A stretch of 64,000 bases of DNA, taken from a virus. Made by a program: the position numbers and the translations under genes. Shown here in pieces: positions 28,802-37,005 of this stretch. Location: IMG/VR virus record IMGVR_UViG_3300036985_004624, one strand, 5' to 3'. The notes below the pieces were generated by a model. The model did no database searches. It was given only the letters and a program-made list of their open reading frames with translations, and was not told where the DNA came from. Each line of letters begins with the position of its first letter. Positions within the stretch are counted from its first letter, which is position 1.

Positions 28802-29173
28802 ATGACAAATATTCTAGAGATAAAAGATAAATTTCCGTTCTTAAGTGGACTAAAATCGCCTACCTATGAATATATAGGTATTATTCAAAACTCCGATGAC
28901 AGAATAATAAGCTTCTACGATTATGAAGCCATACATACTCCGCAAGAAAAGATACTTTTCTTAGAGTTAGGTGAAATATGGTGGTGGGAAAGTAATAGGT
29001 TGCTACCTATTAATATATTCTTACAAGGCCAGATGAACCCGTTTCGTTATTGTATGAAGACTGTAGTTAATAAAGACATAGAAGTTATGTTTGGCACATT
29101 GACTAGTCTAAATAATATAATGAAGAAACGCATTAAGAAGCGTCAGATACAGTTAATCAGAAATACTGATTAA
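28802..29173 (+). CDS. Hypothetical protein
   Basis: TATAAATA upstream; KFPFLS, YIGIIQN, LGEIWWWESNRLLPINIFL. Confidence 0.75.
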   Translation: MTNILEIKDKFPFLSGLKSPTYEYIGIIQNSDDRIISFYDYEAIHTPQEKILFLELGEIWWWESNRLLPINIFLQGQMNPFRYCMKTVVNKDIEVMFGTLTSLNNIMKKRIKKRQIQLIRNTD

Positions 29174-29760
29174 TCTTTCGATATTTTCTCAATCAATAAA
29201 TTTAAATTTACTATAATAGCTAACGCATAGCTAAGAGAGTGACAGCGTTTGAATTGATAGGTTTCGTCACCTTGTACCTTAACCCATACTTCTGCTTTAA
29301 TCTTATCCCAGGAACTATGCTGTAGATAAGCCTTAGCTGGTCTAATGATAGCAAGTATCATTGCTAAATCTTCTACGGACTTAGGTTTATATTTCTGTAA
29401 TAAGTCACTATGCCCTTTTAAATGGAATAACTGCTCAGTTATTTCTTCATATTCGAAGAAGTCCCAGGGCGGTTCTTTATCAATAAGTTCTAATAAGTGA
29501 TCTTCATCACGCACAGACTCATACATATTGACATTAAGAAAATCTACCTTAAAGTATCCGTACTCGTTTGCTACCCTGTGATCCACAGTCGACATATTTG
29601 TTGTCGGATCTCTCGGTATATTTTGGAAATATACACCGGTAGGATGCTTCTCTACCTTATTATCTGCACGACTGATAGAGCCGTATATACATTCTAAGCC
29701 ACGCAATATATCTTCGCGACCTATGCAATCTATATCTACGTCTGTCGAAACTTTTTTCAT
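29170..29760 (-). CDS. Minimal DNA polymerase III alpha (DnaE) palm-like protein
   Basis: TDVDID, KHPTGVY, FKVDFLN, AIIRP, YQFKRCHSLSYA correspond to DnaE PDxDxD, HAAGV, KxDxL, AxxRP, YxFNKSHxxxY. Confidence 0.8.
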   Translation of the reverse strand: MKKVSTDVDIDCIGREDILRGLECIYGSISRADNKVEKHPTGVYFQNIPRDPTTNMSTVDHRVANEYGYFKVDFLNVNMYESVRDEDHLLELIDKEPPWDFFEYEEITEQLFHLKGHSDLLQKYKPKSVEDLAMILAIIRPAKAYLQHSSWDKIKAEVWVKVQGDETYQFKRCHSLSYALAIIVNLNLLIEKISKD

Positions 29761-30020
29761 TTTATCTCGGGAATATATGGGCAATAATACATAGCTGTTC
29801 TTATAGGTGTTTTACCTGTATACCATATCTTAGGTATAAAACATTTTTCAAATGTTAACTTAAATGCTACTAGATCCTCATCATTGGCAAACTCATATGT
29901 TTCTACCTTGTCTATACCTTCGTGATGTATTACTCGTCTTACATCAGATCCGGATCTTTGTATCCAGTCCAGAAATTCCTGCTGCGATAAATCCCAGTCA
30001 GCCATAATAATGCCACTCAT
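29757..30020 (-). CDS. Hypothetical protein
   Basis: ATGA-coupled on both sides; FxNDEDLVAFKLTF. Confidence 0.6.
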   Translation of the reverse strand: MSGIIMADWDLSQQEFLDWIQRSGSDVRRVIHHEGIDKVETYEFANDEDLVAFKLTFEKCFIPKIWYTGKTPIRTAMYYCPYIPEIK

Positions 30021-30688
30021 AACCTTGCCTGTTCTAATAATTCTCTGATATATTCGACATCATCGTCAGACTTTTTAAATTTCTTCATCCAGCCGCCTGG
30101 ATCAATTATATCGCCTATAATTTTCGAATGATCTTCGTTGAATCGAGATAACAAATCGTCACCTTTATTGGCAAGGTATAGTACCCACGGGCTAATTCTG
30201 CCAGTCTTTATAAGATAAGCCGCTTCGTTTGCAGGCACATCTCGGAAGAAATCTTCAAACTGCACATTATTCTTACTACTCCAATCCATTATTTCGATGA
30301 TTGTTCTCTCTGTAGCACTTACAGCAGGCTCTTTCTTTATAAGATCTATTACATACGTTTCATATACAAAATCTTTAGACCAGTCTTTCAGCTTTATACC
30401 ATTTAAGATAACAAAATCTATATATTTTTCAATATAGATAGGTTTTAATAATGCTAAATGGTTTCCAAACTTAGCAAAATCTATATAATATGGACTGTTG
30501 ATAAAATCTTCTACAGATTTTACCTTTTTGCATTGTGTTGTTAATTCGTAGAATCGTTGAAATGCTCTTAGACCAAAACGAGAACCTGCGGCCTCTATAT
30601 CCAAAAATCTTTGTTTTTTCACACAGACATGTGTCGACAACGTCTTCATATGAAGGAATGACTTGCCGCAATATTTACAGATATTCAT
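30017..30688 (-). CDS. Conserved protein with N-terminal C2H-type zinc finger
   Basis: CKYCGKSF....TLSTHVC; GRISPWV. Confidence 0.75.
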   Translation of the reverse strand: MNICKYCGKSFLHMKTLSTHVCVKKQRFLDIEAAGSRFGLRAFQRFYELTTQCKKVKSVEDFINSPYYIDFAKFGNHLALLKPIYIEKYIDFVILNGIKLKDWSKDFVYETYVIDLIKKEPAVSATERTIIEIMDWSSKNNVQFEDFFRDVPANEAAYLIKTGRISPWVLYLANKGDDLLSRFNEDHSKIIGDIIDPGGWMKKFKKSDDDVEYIRELLEQARL

Positions 30689-30689
30689 T

Positions 30690-31298
30690 TTACTTCGCTT
30701 TACTCTTAGTCTCGCCCTTAAACAATTCTTTTATAGTCTTATCGTCGTACCCGTGATCCTTAAAAAACGTCTTAAGGTCCAGTTGTGTATTCATGTGTAA
30801 CAGGAGTTCTATATCATCATCTTTCATTAACGGGAAGTGTGAAATAAGAGCTGCTATTAACGGACTTTTCTTTACACCCTTCGGTGCTCCGGGCCACTCG
30901 TGACGTTCTTTTCTACCTGTCCCTGTAATAGCAAGAAGCATCCATTCCAGTTCTTTATGTTTGCCTGTTTCTAAGGAATTTTCTGTTTTCTTAGAACTAA
31001 ACAAACTAGAGCGTTTATTCATTGTCTCATTTACAGTATATATCTGATCTGCATAGCAGCTAGATACCGAACTCATCCATCTTGTTAGTTGCCAAATAGA
31101 TATTTCTTTCTTTTGTACATCCGTTAAGGTCGAATAATAGTTCTTATTATTCCTGTCGAGCGCGGGCAATACATCCGCGAATAGGTCGTTCTTATATTCT
31201 TTTATTGTAACTTCTTCCTCTACTGGTGCAGCATCGGGATTTAATTCATGAAATCCTGACAACCAATCCCCTATTTCGTTACTCAAAGAGTGCTCCAA
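30690..31298 (-). CDS. Possible clamp-loader small subunit (gp62-like)
   Basis: LPALDR....YY..LT..QKKE...W.L.RWMS, HKELEW; position in replication block. Confidence 0.45.
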   Translation of the reverse strand: MEHSLSNEIGDWLSGFHELNPDAAPVEEEVTIKEYKNDLFADVLPALDRNNKNYYSTLTDVQKKEISIWQLTRWMSSVSSCYADQIYTVNETMNKRSSLFSSKKTENSLETGKHKELEWMLLAITGTGRKERHEWPGAPKGVKKSPLIAALISHFPLMKDDDIELLLHMNTQLDLKTFFKDHGYDDKTIKELFKGETKSKAK

Positions 31299-31782
31299 TA
31301 TCTATAACATCCGGTAATTTACTTACTTCTTTAACAAATAATACACAGTTAGGAAATGGTTTATCTTCTACGGGTACAACAAGGATATTTCCGTTTTTTA
31401 ATTTAGGAAAGAACCATTTTAATTCTGCATACACATTTGTAATGACGACTTCCTGCGGTCTAGGCACCATATGACGCAAAGGATTAAATGCCATGGTATG
31501 AAAACCTCTGTCATTTAAGCTAGTTAATGGCATAATCTCTAAATCGCTATAATCCGAATCACACACAAGTATAGACCAATCTAAAGGCATTTGTACTGTA
31601 AATTTTCCTATATTAAGAACTACAGCAGGTGCATAGAAGCTTTCTAAAAAGATGAGTGGTATAAAAAAGTAATCAGGATTTTTAGGATCTGAATAATCTA
31701 ATACACAATATCTAATATCCTGATCCTCTGGCGGAATTCTGTCCAGATTGTATGCTACGTTATCGTTAGTTAGTATATTAAT
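31279..31782 (-). CDS. Conserved hypothetical protein downstream of uvsW, probable AUU start
   Basis: Frame open 64 codons upstream of ATG 31590; AGGAG SD 6 nt before ATT at 31782; upstream part reads NILTNDNVAYNLD...PDYFFIPLIFLESF. Confidence 0.7.
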   Translation of the reverse strand: MNILTNDNVAYNLDRIPPEDQDIRYCVLDYSDPKNPDYFFIPLIFLESFYAPAVVLNIGKFTVQMPLDWSILVCDSDYSDLEIMPLTSLNDRGFHTMAFNPLRHMVPRPQEVVITNVYAELKWFFPKLKNGNILVVPVEDKPFPNCVLFVKEVSKLPDVIDIGALFE

Positions 31783-31794
31783 TTTATTCTCCTG

Positions 31795-32157
31795 TTAATA
31801 CATTACTCGTGTCCAGCCCTTCTCGACTCCGAGAGACTTTTTATATTCTTCATAATCTTTATCTGTTGCAGACCTGATCGGCACCTTACCAAAATTAAAG
31901 GTATTTTCGCTGATTCCGCATCGTTTTAAATAGTCACACAACATATTTTCGACACTACAATGTTTTAAAGCTAAGAATGCTAGTGTATCTGCCGAATCTG
32001 AAAATTCGTCATAAGATAATGTTATCTTAGGTACAGAACCATAACTAAACTGGTTTGTTTTTATAGTGCCTATCTCTATATCTAATTCGTTTGCTTCGCA
32101 AAACGTCTTAATTAATGGTATGTATCCTTCAGATATACAGGTTACTATTGTTTTCAT
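31795..32157 (-). CDS. Hypothetical protein
   Basis: 120-aa ORF between uvsW and the next gene. Confidence 0.6.
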   Translation of the reverse strand: MKTIVTCISEGYIPLIKTFCEANELDIEIGTIKTNQFSYGSVPKITLSYDEFSDSADTLAFLALKHCSVENMLCDYLKRCGISENTFNFGKVPIRSATDKDYEEYKKSLGVEKGWTRVMY

Positions 32158-32163
32158 TGCTAT

Positions 32164-33624
32164 TCAATATGTTATCTTTAATACAGAGTACGGATACTCC
32201 TGCTCTGTGTAAAACTTCTTTCTTTTTGTCAAATGTCTCTTAGAAAACTTACAATTAGAACATATATCATACACATTAACAAAATCTTTGTCGGGTGCTA
32301 CACGGATGCCGCGTCCAATACTCTGAATAACACGAACAAAACTCTTTCCTGCTTCAAATAGTATTAAATTATATATTCTAACAATATTAATACCGGTCGA
32401 TGCTACACCATATGTTGCTATAATAACTTTCCCGTCAACTTCTTGAACTTCTTTATACTCTGCTTTTCGATCTTTCGACTTCATTCTGCCAGAAACAAAT
32501 ATTGAATCCGGTATAAGTGATTGTAACATCTCTCCCGTCTCTATGCGATCAACCAATATAAGAGTATTGCCGGTTTCTGATATCTCTTGTACTTTACCAG
32601 CCACAAATTTTAATCTTGGCTCATTTGTTGTCAGCCATTTAAGTTCTGTTTGGTAGTTACCTGATGCAGCGGCTCCGACATCTTGCATTTGTAACACATT
32701 TACGTGTAACTGAGCCAGTATTCCTTTATCCTGCAGATCTTTGGTGTTGATCTTGCCTAGTAGTGGCCCAATACATGCAACCACACCAACTTTATCGCCC
32801 TCTTCTTCGGGCATTGTGCCAGTTAATCCCCACCTAATAGGTGCATTATTTAAATAGGTCGATAATAAACGTCTCAATACATCGGCTTTTGCTTTGTGTA
32901 CTTCGTCTACGATAACGCAGACTACTCCTTTGAAGAAAGCGTTTATATCTATCTCTAAATTGTGTTCTTTTGATTTCTTTGCCAGGCTTTCTAAGCTTTG
33001 CCATGTGCATATTGTGTGGGTCTTTAAATACTCTTTCCTATCACCGAAGAATACACCCACATCTAATCCCATATTAATATAATCTTCTTCAGTTTGTGTC
33101 ACTAAATCCTTAGTTGGCACAATTACTATGCTGCGACCATATGGCTGCACTTTGTGGCTAAGAATCGCCGTTATTAGGGTTTTTCCCGAGCCTGTTGGGG
33201 CGATATTGATCCCGGTTATGTTAGTTAGATAGGAATTGATTACTTCTAACTGATGTTCCTTAATTAAGATAGGATTGCCTTCATATGTATGTCCTGCCGG
33301 CCAGCATAAATGACTATAACTATCTTCTTTGACTAACTCAAATTCAAAATTCTCATTTACTTGACGTTGGTCGTCTATTTCTACATCATATCCGAAGTGC
33401 TGAACGATAGGTAGCAGTTTATCTAATAAATTTAGATATGATCGTGCGCCTATATCACAGTAACTCATCTTACCATTCCATCTGCCCAATCTGACTGCGG
33501 GAGTATATTGGGCGCCCGGTACATAAAATTCGAGAGACGATGTCATCTTACGACGACATTCGGGAGATAAGTCTGTAAACTTTATGTTTACTTCATCTAA
33601 TATTTGTAAGGTTGTTGTTGCCAT
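32164..33624 (-). CDS. uvsW: SF2 DNA helicase UvsW
   Basis: WNGK, APTGSGKT, DEVH, GLTGT, QSIGRGIR, HLTKRKKFY. Confidence 0.93.
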   Translation of the reverse strand: MATTTLQILDEVNIKFTDLSPECRRKMTSSLEFYVPGAQYTPAVRLGRWNGKMSYCDIGARSYLNLLDKLLPIVQHFGYDVEIDDQRQVNENFEFELVKEDSYSHLCWPAGHTYEGNPILIKEHQLEVINSYLTNITGINIAPTGSGKTLITAILSHKVQPYGRSIVIVPTKDLVTQTEEDYINMGLDVGVFFGDRKEYLKTHTICTWQSLESLAKKSKEHNLEIDINAFFKGVVCVIVDEVHKAKADVLRRLLSTYLNNAPIRWGLTGTMPEEEGDKVGVVACIGPLLGKINTKDLQDKGILAQLHVNVLQMQDVGAAASGNYQTELKWLTTNEPRLKFVAGKVQEISETGNTLILVDRIETGEMLQSLIPDSIFVSGRMKSKDRKAEYKEVQEVDGKVIIATYGVASTGINIVRIYNLILFEAGKSFVRVIQSIGRGIRVAPDKDFVNVYDICSNCKFSKRHLTKRKKFYTEQEYPYSVLKITY

Positions 33625-34085
33625 TAAATACTCGCATCGTCGAGTCCTGCAACCCGTAATTTAATAATATGCCCTGTCATGAAGTTTTTAGCTTCAAAAC
33701 CTTTACTAATAGACAAATACTTGTTTCTTAATAAAGCTACTTCATTTATTAGTAATGTTGTATCCACTATACTTGCCACACCATCTACATATTTTTCTGC
33801 GTCTCGAGAACTAAGACTTTTCTGATATGCTTCTAAAAACTTCTTAAATTCTGCCGACCTATCTTTACGCAATTGAATGTTGAGATACTCCAGTACTGCT
33901 TCTATCTCTTGTAATTGGGTAAACCGTTGTTCAACGAGCCCAGGTAACTCGGCTGCATGTTTTTCCAACGATTTACCCTTTAAAGATAATTCTGTTCGTG
34001 CATCTTCTAATTCTTTTTCGAAGTGATCTATAAAATCGGGGATTAATCCCAGATCATTAGTTACTTTGTAAAACCAACTGCTCAC
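33624..34085 (-). CDS. uvsY: Recombination mediator UvsY-like
   Basis: Helical; FLEAY...LSSRDAEKYVDG, LRVAG; between uvsX and uvsW. Confidence 0.75.
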   Translation of the reverse strand: MSSWFYKVTNDLGLIPDFIDHFEKELEDARTELSLKGKSLEKHAAELPGLVEQRFTQLQEIEAVLEYLNIQLRKDRSAEFKKFLEAYQKSLSSRDAEKYVDGVASIVDTTLLINEVALLRNKYLSISKGFEAKNFMTGHIIKLRVAGLDDASI

Positions 34086-34390
34086 AATCCATGCACTCTT
34101 TTAATTGCTATTTCCATTGCTTGCACTAATAACACAGCCTTTTGCGTTCTTGACATCAATACTCTTTTTATCATCATAGCTCTGGGAGGGACATTCAAGT
34201 CTTCCGCTAGAGCCTTATGTACTCTAGTCAAATTCACTGGTTCTGAAATCCACACAACGTAATCCGCACCTACAGCAGGATCTTTCATACTTTCTCTAAA
34301 CTGTTGGATCTGCGTTACGGATTTCAGAACATCCTTACTATTAATGGTCGAGAGCATGGCCTCGCCGAATTCAATCGCTGGAGTAGTCAT
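34082..34390 (-). CDS. Hypothetical protein
   Basis: ORF within the recombination operon. Confidence 0.6.
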   Translation of the reverse strand: MTTPAIEFGEAMLSTINSKDVLKSVTQIQQFRESMKDPAVGADYVVWISEPVNLTRVHKALAEDLNVPPRAMMIKRVLMSRTQKAVLLVQAMEIAIKRVHGL

Positions 34391-34619
34391 CTTCGTCATC
34401 TTCGTCATCTTCGTCTTCTGTATATTCCGATAAGTGACTTCTTGCAGCGGCCCTAAGTTCTTTATCGAGGTCTTCGTCTAATAGTTCTTCATCAACTAAA
34501 CTGAATTCGTCAAATACTACCATCAGAATGTCTGCTACTTCCAATCTTTCTTTAGGCTGAATATGGGATTTGATACGGGCCCATAATTCCATAATCAATT
34601 CATGATTTTCATTAACCAT
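34371..34619 (-). CDS. Hypothetical protein with acidic tail
   Basis: Follows uvsX; Asp/Glu C-terminus. Confidence 0.7.
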   Translation of the reverse strand: MVNENHELIMELWARIKSHIQPKERLEVADILMVVFDEFSLVDEELLDEDLDKELRAAARSHLSEYTEDEDDEDDEDDYSSD

Positions 34620-34621
34620 AA

Positions 34622-35716
34622 TTATTCTCCTGTTTGTACAACAATTGCAATTTTCTCTTCTTCGCTATCAGGAATAACAACACGCAGATCATCCTGTGTG
34701 AATTCATCCATGATTACTTTCATTTTATTAATATCATTCCAGTCTTTTCTGAAGTATTTCATCTCTTCTTTAGTTTTCTTGGAAACATATTTATATCTAT
34801 TACCCTCTTTTATTAACACACCAGACTTTTCAAATAAGTCAAACAATCCGGAGATTGGATTCATACCCGATTCCCATGGAATATCTAGCTTGATAGATTC
34901 GAACGGCTTAGAGTATCGAGTTTTAACAACTTTACAAGTTGCACGAATACCTTTTACATCTGTGACCTTGTTACCGTCTTCGTCTTCCTTTAACTTATAT
35001 TTCTTCATAGCAACAATAATGCTCGAAGCAAACATAAATCCAGATCCTCCAGAAATTTTATCATCTGGATCAAACATATCCTGACTTGCATATGTGTGAT
35101 TAGTTACGACCATACCTATATTCAGATCGCCAAACATATTAACGCAGTTTGATACGAACGCCTTAAGCTGTTTAGCTTTACGACCCATATCGCCCTTCAT
35201 ATCTCCTGCTTGGAATTGATTTACTTCGGTAGGTGTTAATAACATACCTAAAGAGTCTACAATGAATAGAATTTTAGGACGTTGGTCTTTTGGAATATCT
35301 AGATAGTTTGTCTTATACTCTGTAACAAAGTCATGCACAATCTTTGCTACTTCATCTATCATAGATGCGCTAATGCGAAGCATCTTATCTTCAGATGTTT
35401 CTACACTTAAATTCTTTAGCCATTTTTCATCTAAAGCATTTTCCGTGTCAATCATAACCACAAAAATGTTTTGTTCTTGTGCTGCTTTCGCAATATTCCC
35501 GGAAACAATATAAGATTTACCGGCGCCGGATTCGCCTGCAAATACTGTTACCTTACCCATAGGAACCCCTTTATAGAAGTCTCCGCTGATAAGATAGTTT
35601 AACCCATAAGATCCTGTGCTGATCCATGTGTCTGGATCATTGAATCCTGTTGAAATACCTGTAATGTTTTTTGTTAAGTTTTTACGAAACTTTGATATGT
35701 CGAATGGCCGAGTCAT
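34622..35716 (-). CDS. uvsX: RecA-like recombinase UvsX
   Basis: AGESGAGKS, IDTENALD, VDSLGML, TNHTY, SGGSG, KTRY. Confidence 0.95.
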   Translation of the reverse strand: MTRPFDISKFRKNLTKNITGISTGFNDPDTWISTGSYGLNYLISGDFYKGVPMGKVTVFAGESGAGKSYIVSGNIAKAAQEQNIFVVMIDTENALDEKWLKNLSVETSEDKMLRISASMIDEVAKIVHDFVTEYKTNYLDIPKDQRPKILFIVDSLGMLLTPTEVNQFQAGDMKGDMGRKAKQLKAFVSNCVNMFGDLNIGMVVTNHTYASQDMFDPDDKISGGSGFMFASSIIVAMKKYKLKEDEDGNKVTDVKGIRATCKVVKTRYSKPFESIKLDIPWESGMNPISGLFDLFEKSGVLIKEGNRYKYVSKKTKEEMKYFRKDWNDINKMKVIMDEFTQDDLRVVIPDSEEEKIAIVVQTGE

Positions 35717-35735
35717 GGCTTCTCCTTAAAGATGT

Positions 35736-35762
35736 ACGGGACGGTATTTAGCCGTCCCGTTG
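35736..35762 (-). terminator. Hairpin after gene 32 (terminator or stability element)
   Basis: ACGGGACGG-TATTTAG-CCGTCCCGT 9-bp stem; the loop holds a CTAAATA late motif on the minus strand. Confidence 0.55.
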
Positions 35763-35769
35763 TTAAGAC

Positions 35770-36819
35770 TTACTTATTGCGATTTCTCAACATTGCAAGA
35801 ATTTCTTGCGGAGATTTACCTGCTGTAGGTGCAGCAGGTGCTGCAACTGTTTCCTTTACTGCCTCTGCCGGAGCATCTGGTGTAAAGTCTTCATCCGAAT
35901 CGTCATGAACGATAAGAGGTGCTGCTTTTGTTGACTCTGCAACTGGTGCAGGCTTTGTTGCCGCTGGGCGCTGAACGTAAGCAGTACGTGTTACTGTTTT
36001 ACCTTCTCCGCCATCTGCATCATCTGTACCTGCATCAAAGCCAAACGGCTTGTAATGCTGACCCCAGCGAGCTGGATCATACAGTTCGCCGTCTAACGAT
36101 TCCTGGAACATTTCAAAGATGATTGACAATTGTTCAGGTGTTGGACGCTTAGGCAAATATGTTGCCAAATCTACCGGACTGAATTGTGCAATTGCATCTT
36201 GCATATCTTCTGTTAAGCTGGATTCTTTTCTGGCCCACTTAGATGTGCCATAATCTGCATATCCGCCCTTGCTTGTCTTAGATACAATAAAGTCTGTACC
36301 GTTGACAAAGTCAACTGGACTATATGCCATATCAGGATCCATTAATGCAGCCTTAATGATTGCAAAAAGTTGCGGACCGATAATAAACTTACGAATCGGA
36401 TTTTCAGGTGGTTCGCTTTCATTCATCGGATCTTGTTTAACAAAACCCTGCATGTAATATGTGCGCTTTGCCCAATACTTACGTGCTCTATCTTCCAACG
36501 ACTTATCCTTCCACCATGGGCGAACTTCATTCAAGATAGGGCAAGTCATCTTACCATCCCACATTTCGATACAAGGTACTTGAACAACAACTGGCTTACG
36601 CTCGTCTTGTCCTTTGATACCTGCGAATGGGAGTTTAATAAGTTGACGTTCTACCCAAAAGAAAGTGTTATCTTCGTTTGCGTCTGGTAAAAAGCGGAGT
36701 GTTGTTGAAGTGCCTTCTGGAATATTCCAGTGTGGATAAGTTGCCTTATCTCCTGTACCGCCCTTGCGGTTATCTAATGCTTGTAATTTCTTACGGATTT
36801 CTTCGAGTGTCTTTGACAT
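35770..36819 (-). CDS. Single-stranded DNA-binding protein (T4 gp32-like)
   Basis: LRFLPD, FFW, PCIEMW...CPIL, YW.KR, GTDF..KT.KGGYADY.TSKW, acidic C-terminal region. Confidence 0.9.
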   Translation of the reverse strand: MSKTLEEIRKKLQALDNRKGGTGDKATYPHWNIPEGTSTTLRFLPDANEDNTFFWVERQLIKLPFAGIKGQDERKPVVVQVPCIEMWDGKMTCPILNEVRPWWKDKSLEDRARKYWAKRTYYMQGFVKQDPMNESEPPENPIRKFIIGPQLFAIIKAALMDPDMAYSPVDFVNGTDFIVSKTSKGGYADYGTSKWARKESSLTEDMQDAIAQFSPVDLATYLPKRPTPEQLSIIFEMFQESLDGELYDPARWGQHYKPFGFDAGTDDADGGEGKTVTRTAYVQRPAATKPAPVAESTKAAPLIVHDDSDEDFTPDAPAEAVKETVAAPAAPTAGKSPQEILAMLRNRNK

Positions 36820-36995
36820 GATTTTTATTTCCTATGCTTTAAAGTTAAATTGAACGCTTATTAATTGAACTGCAACCTACTAAGGCAGCGTTATGCCTTT
36901 TCGCGTCTTCTGTGAATGTCTTCGTATGCAGTTAGTATACGAAATTCTTGTGTGTTTGTCAAGAACTCCTATAAAGTTCTTGTATGTTATTTATC
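36820..36995 (-). promoter_or_regulatory. Structured 5' leader of gene 32 (three hairpins, two potential pseudoknots)
   Basis: Hairpins at 36960-36982, 36921-36943 and 36882-36899; loop complements at 36868-36873 and 36853-36857. Confidence 0.65.
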
Positions 36996-37005
36996 TGTTT
37001 CTAAA

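Noticed and set aside
34385-34418. 9-bp GTCATCTTC repeats
   Set aside because: They simply encode the acidic DEDD tail and create spurious upstream ATGs for the next ORF
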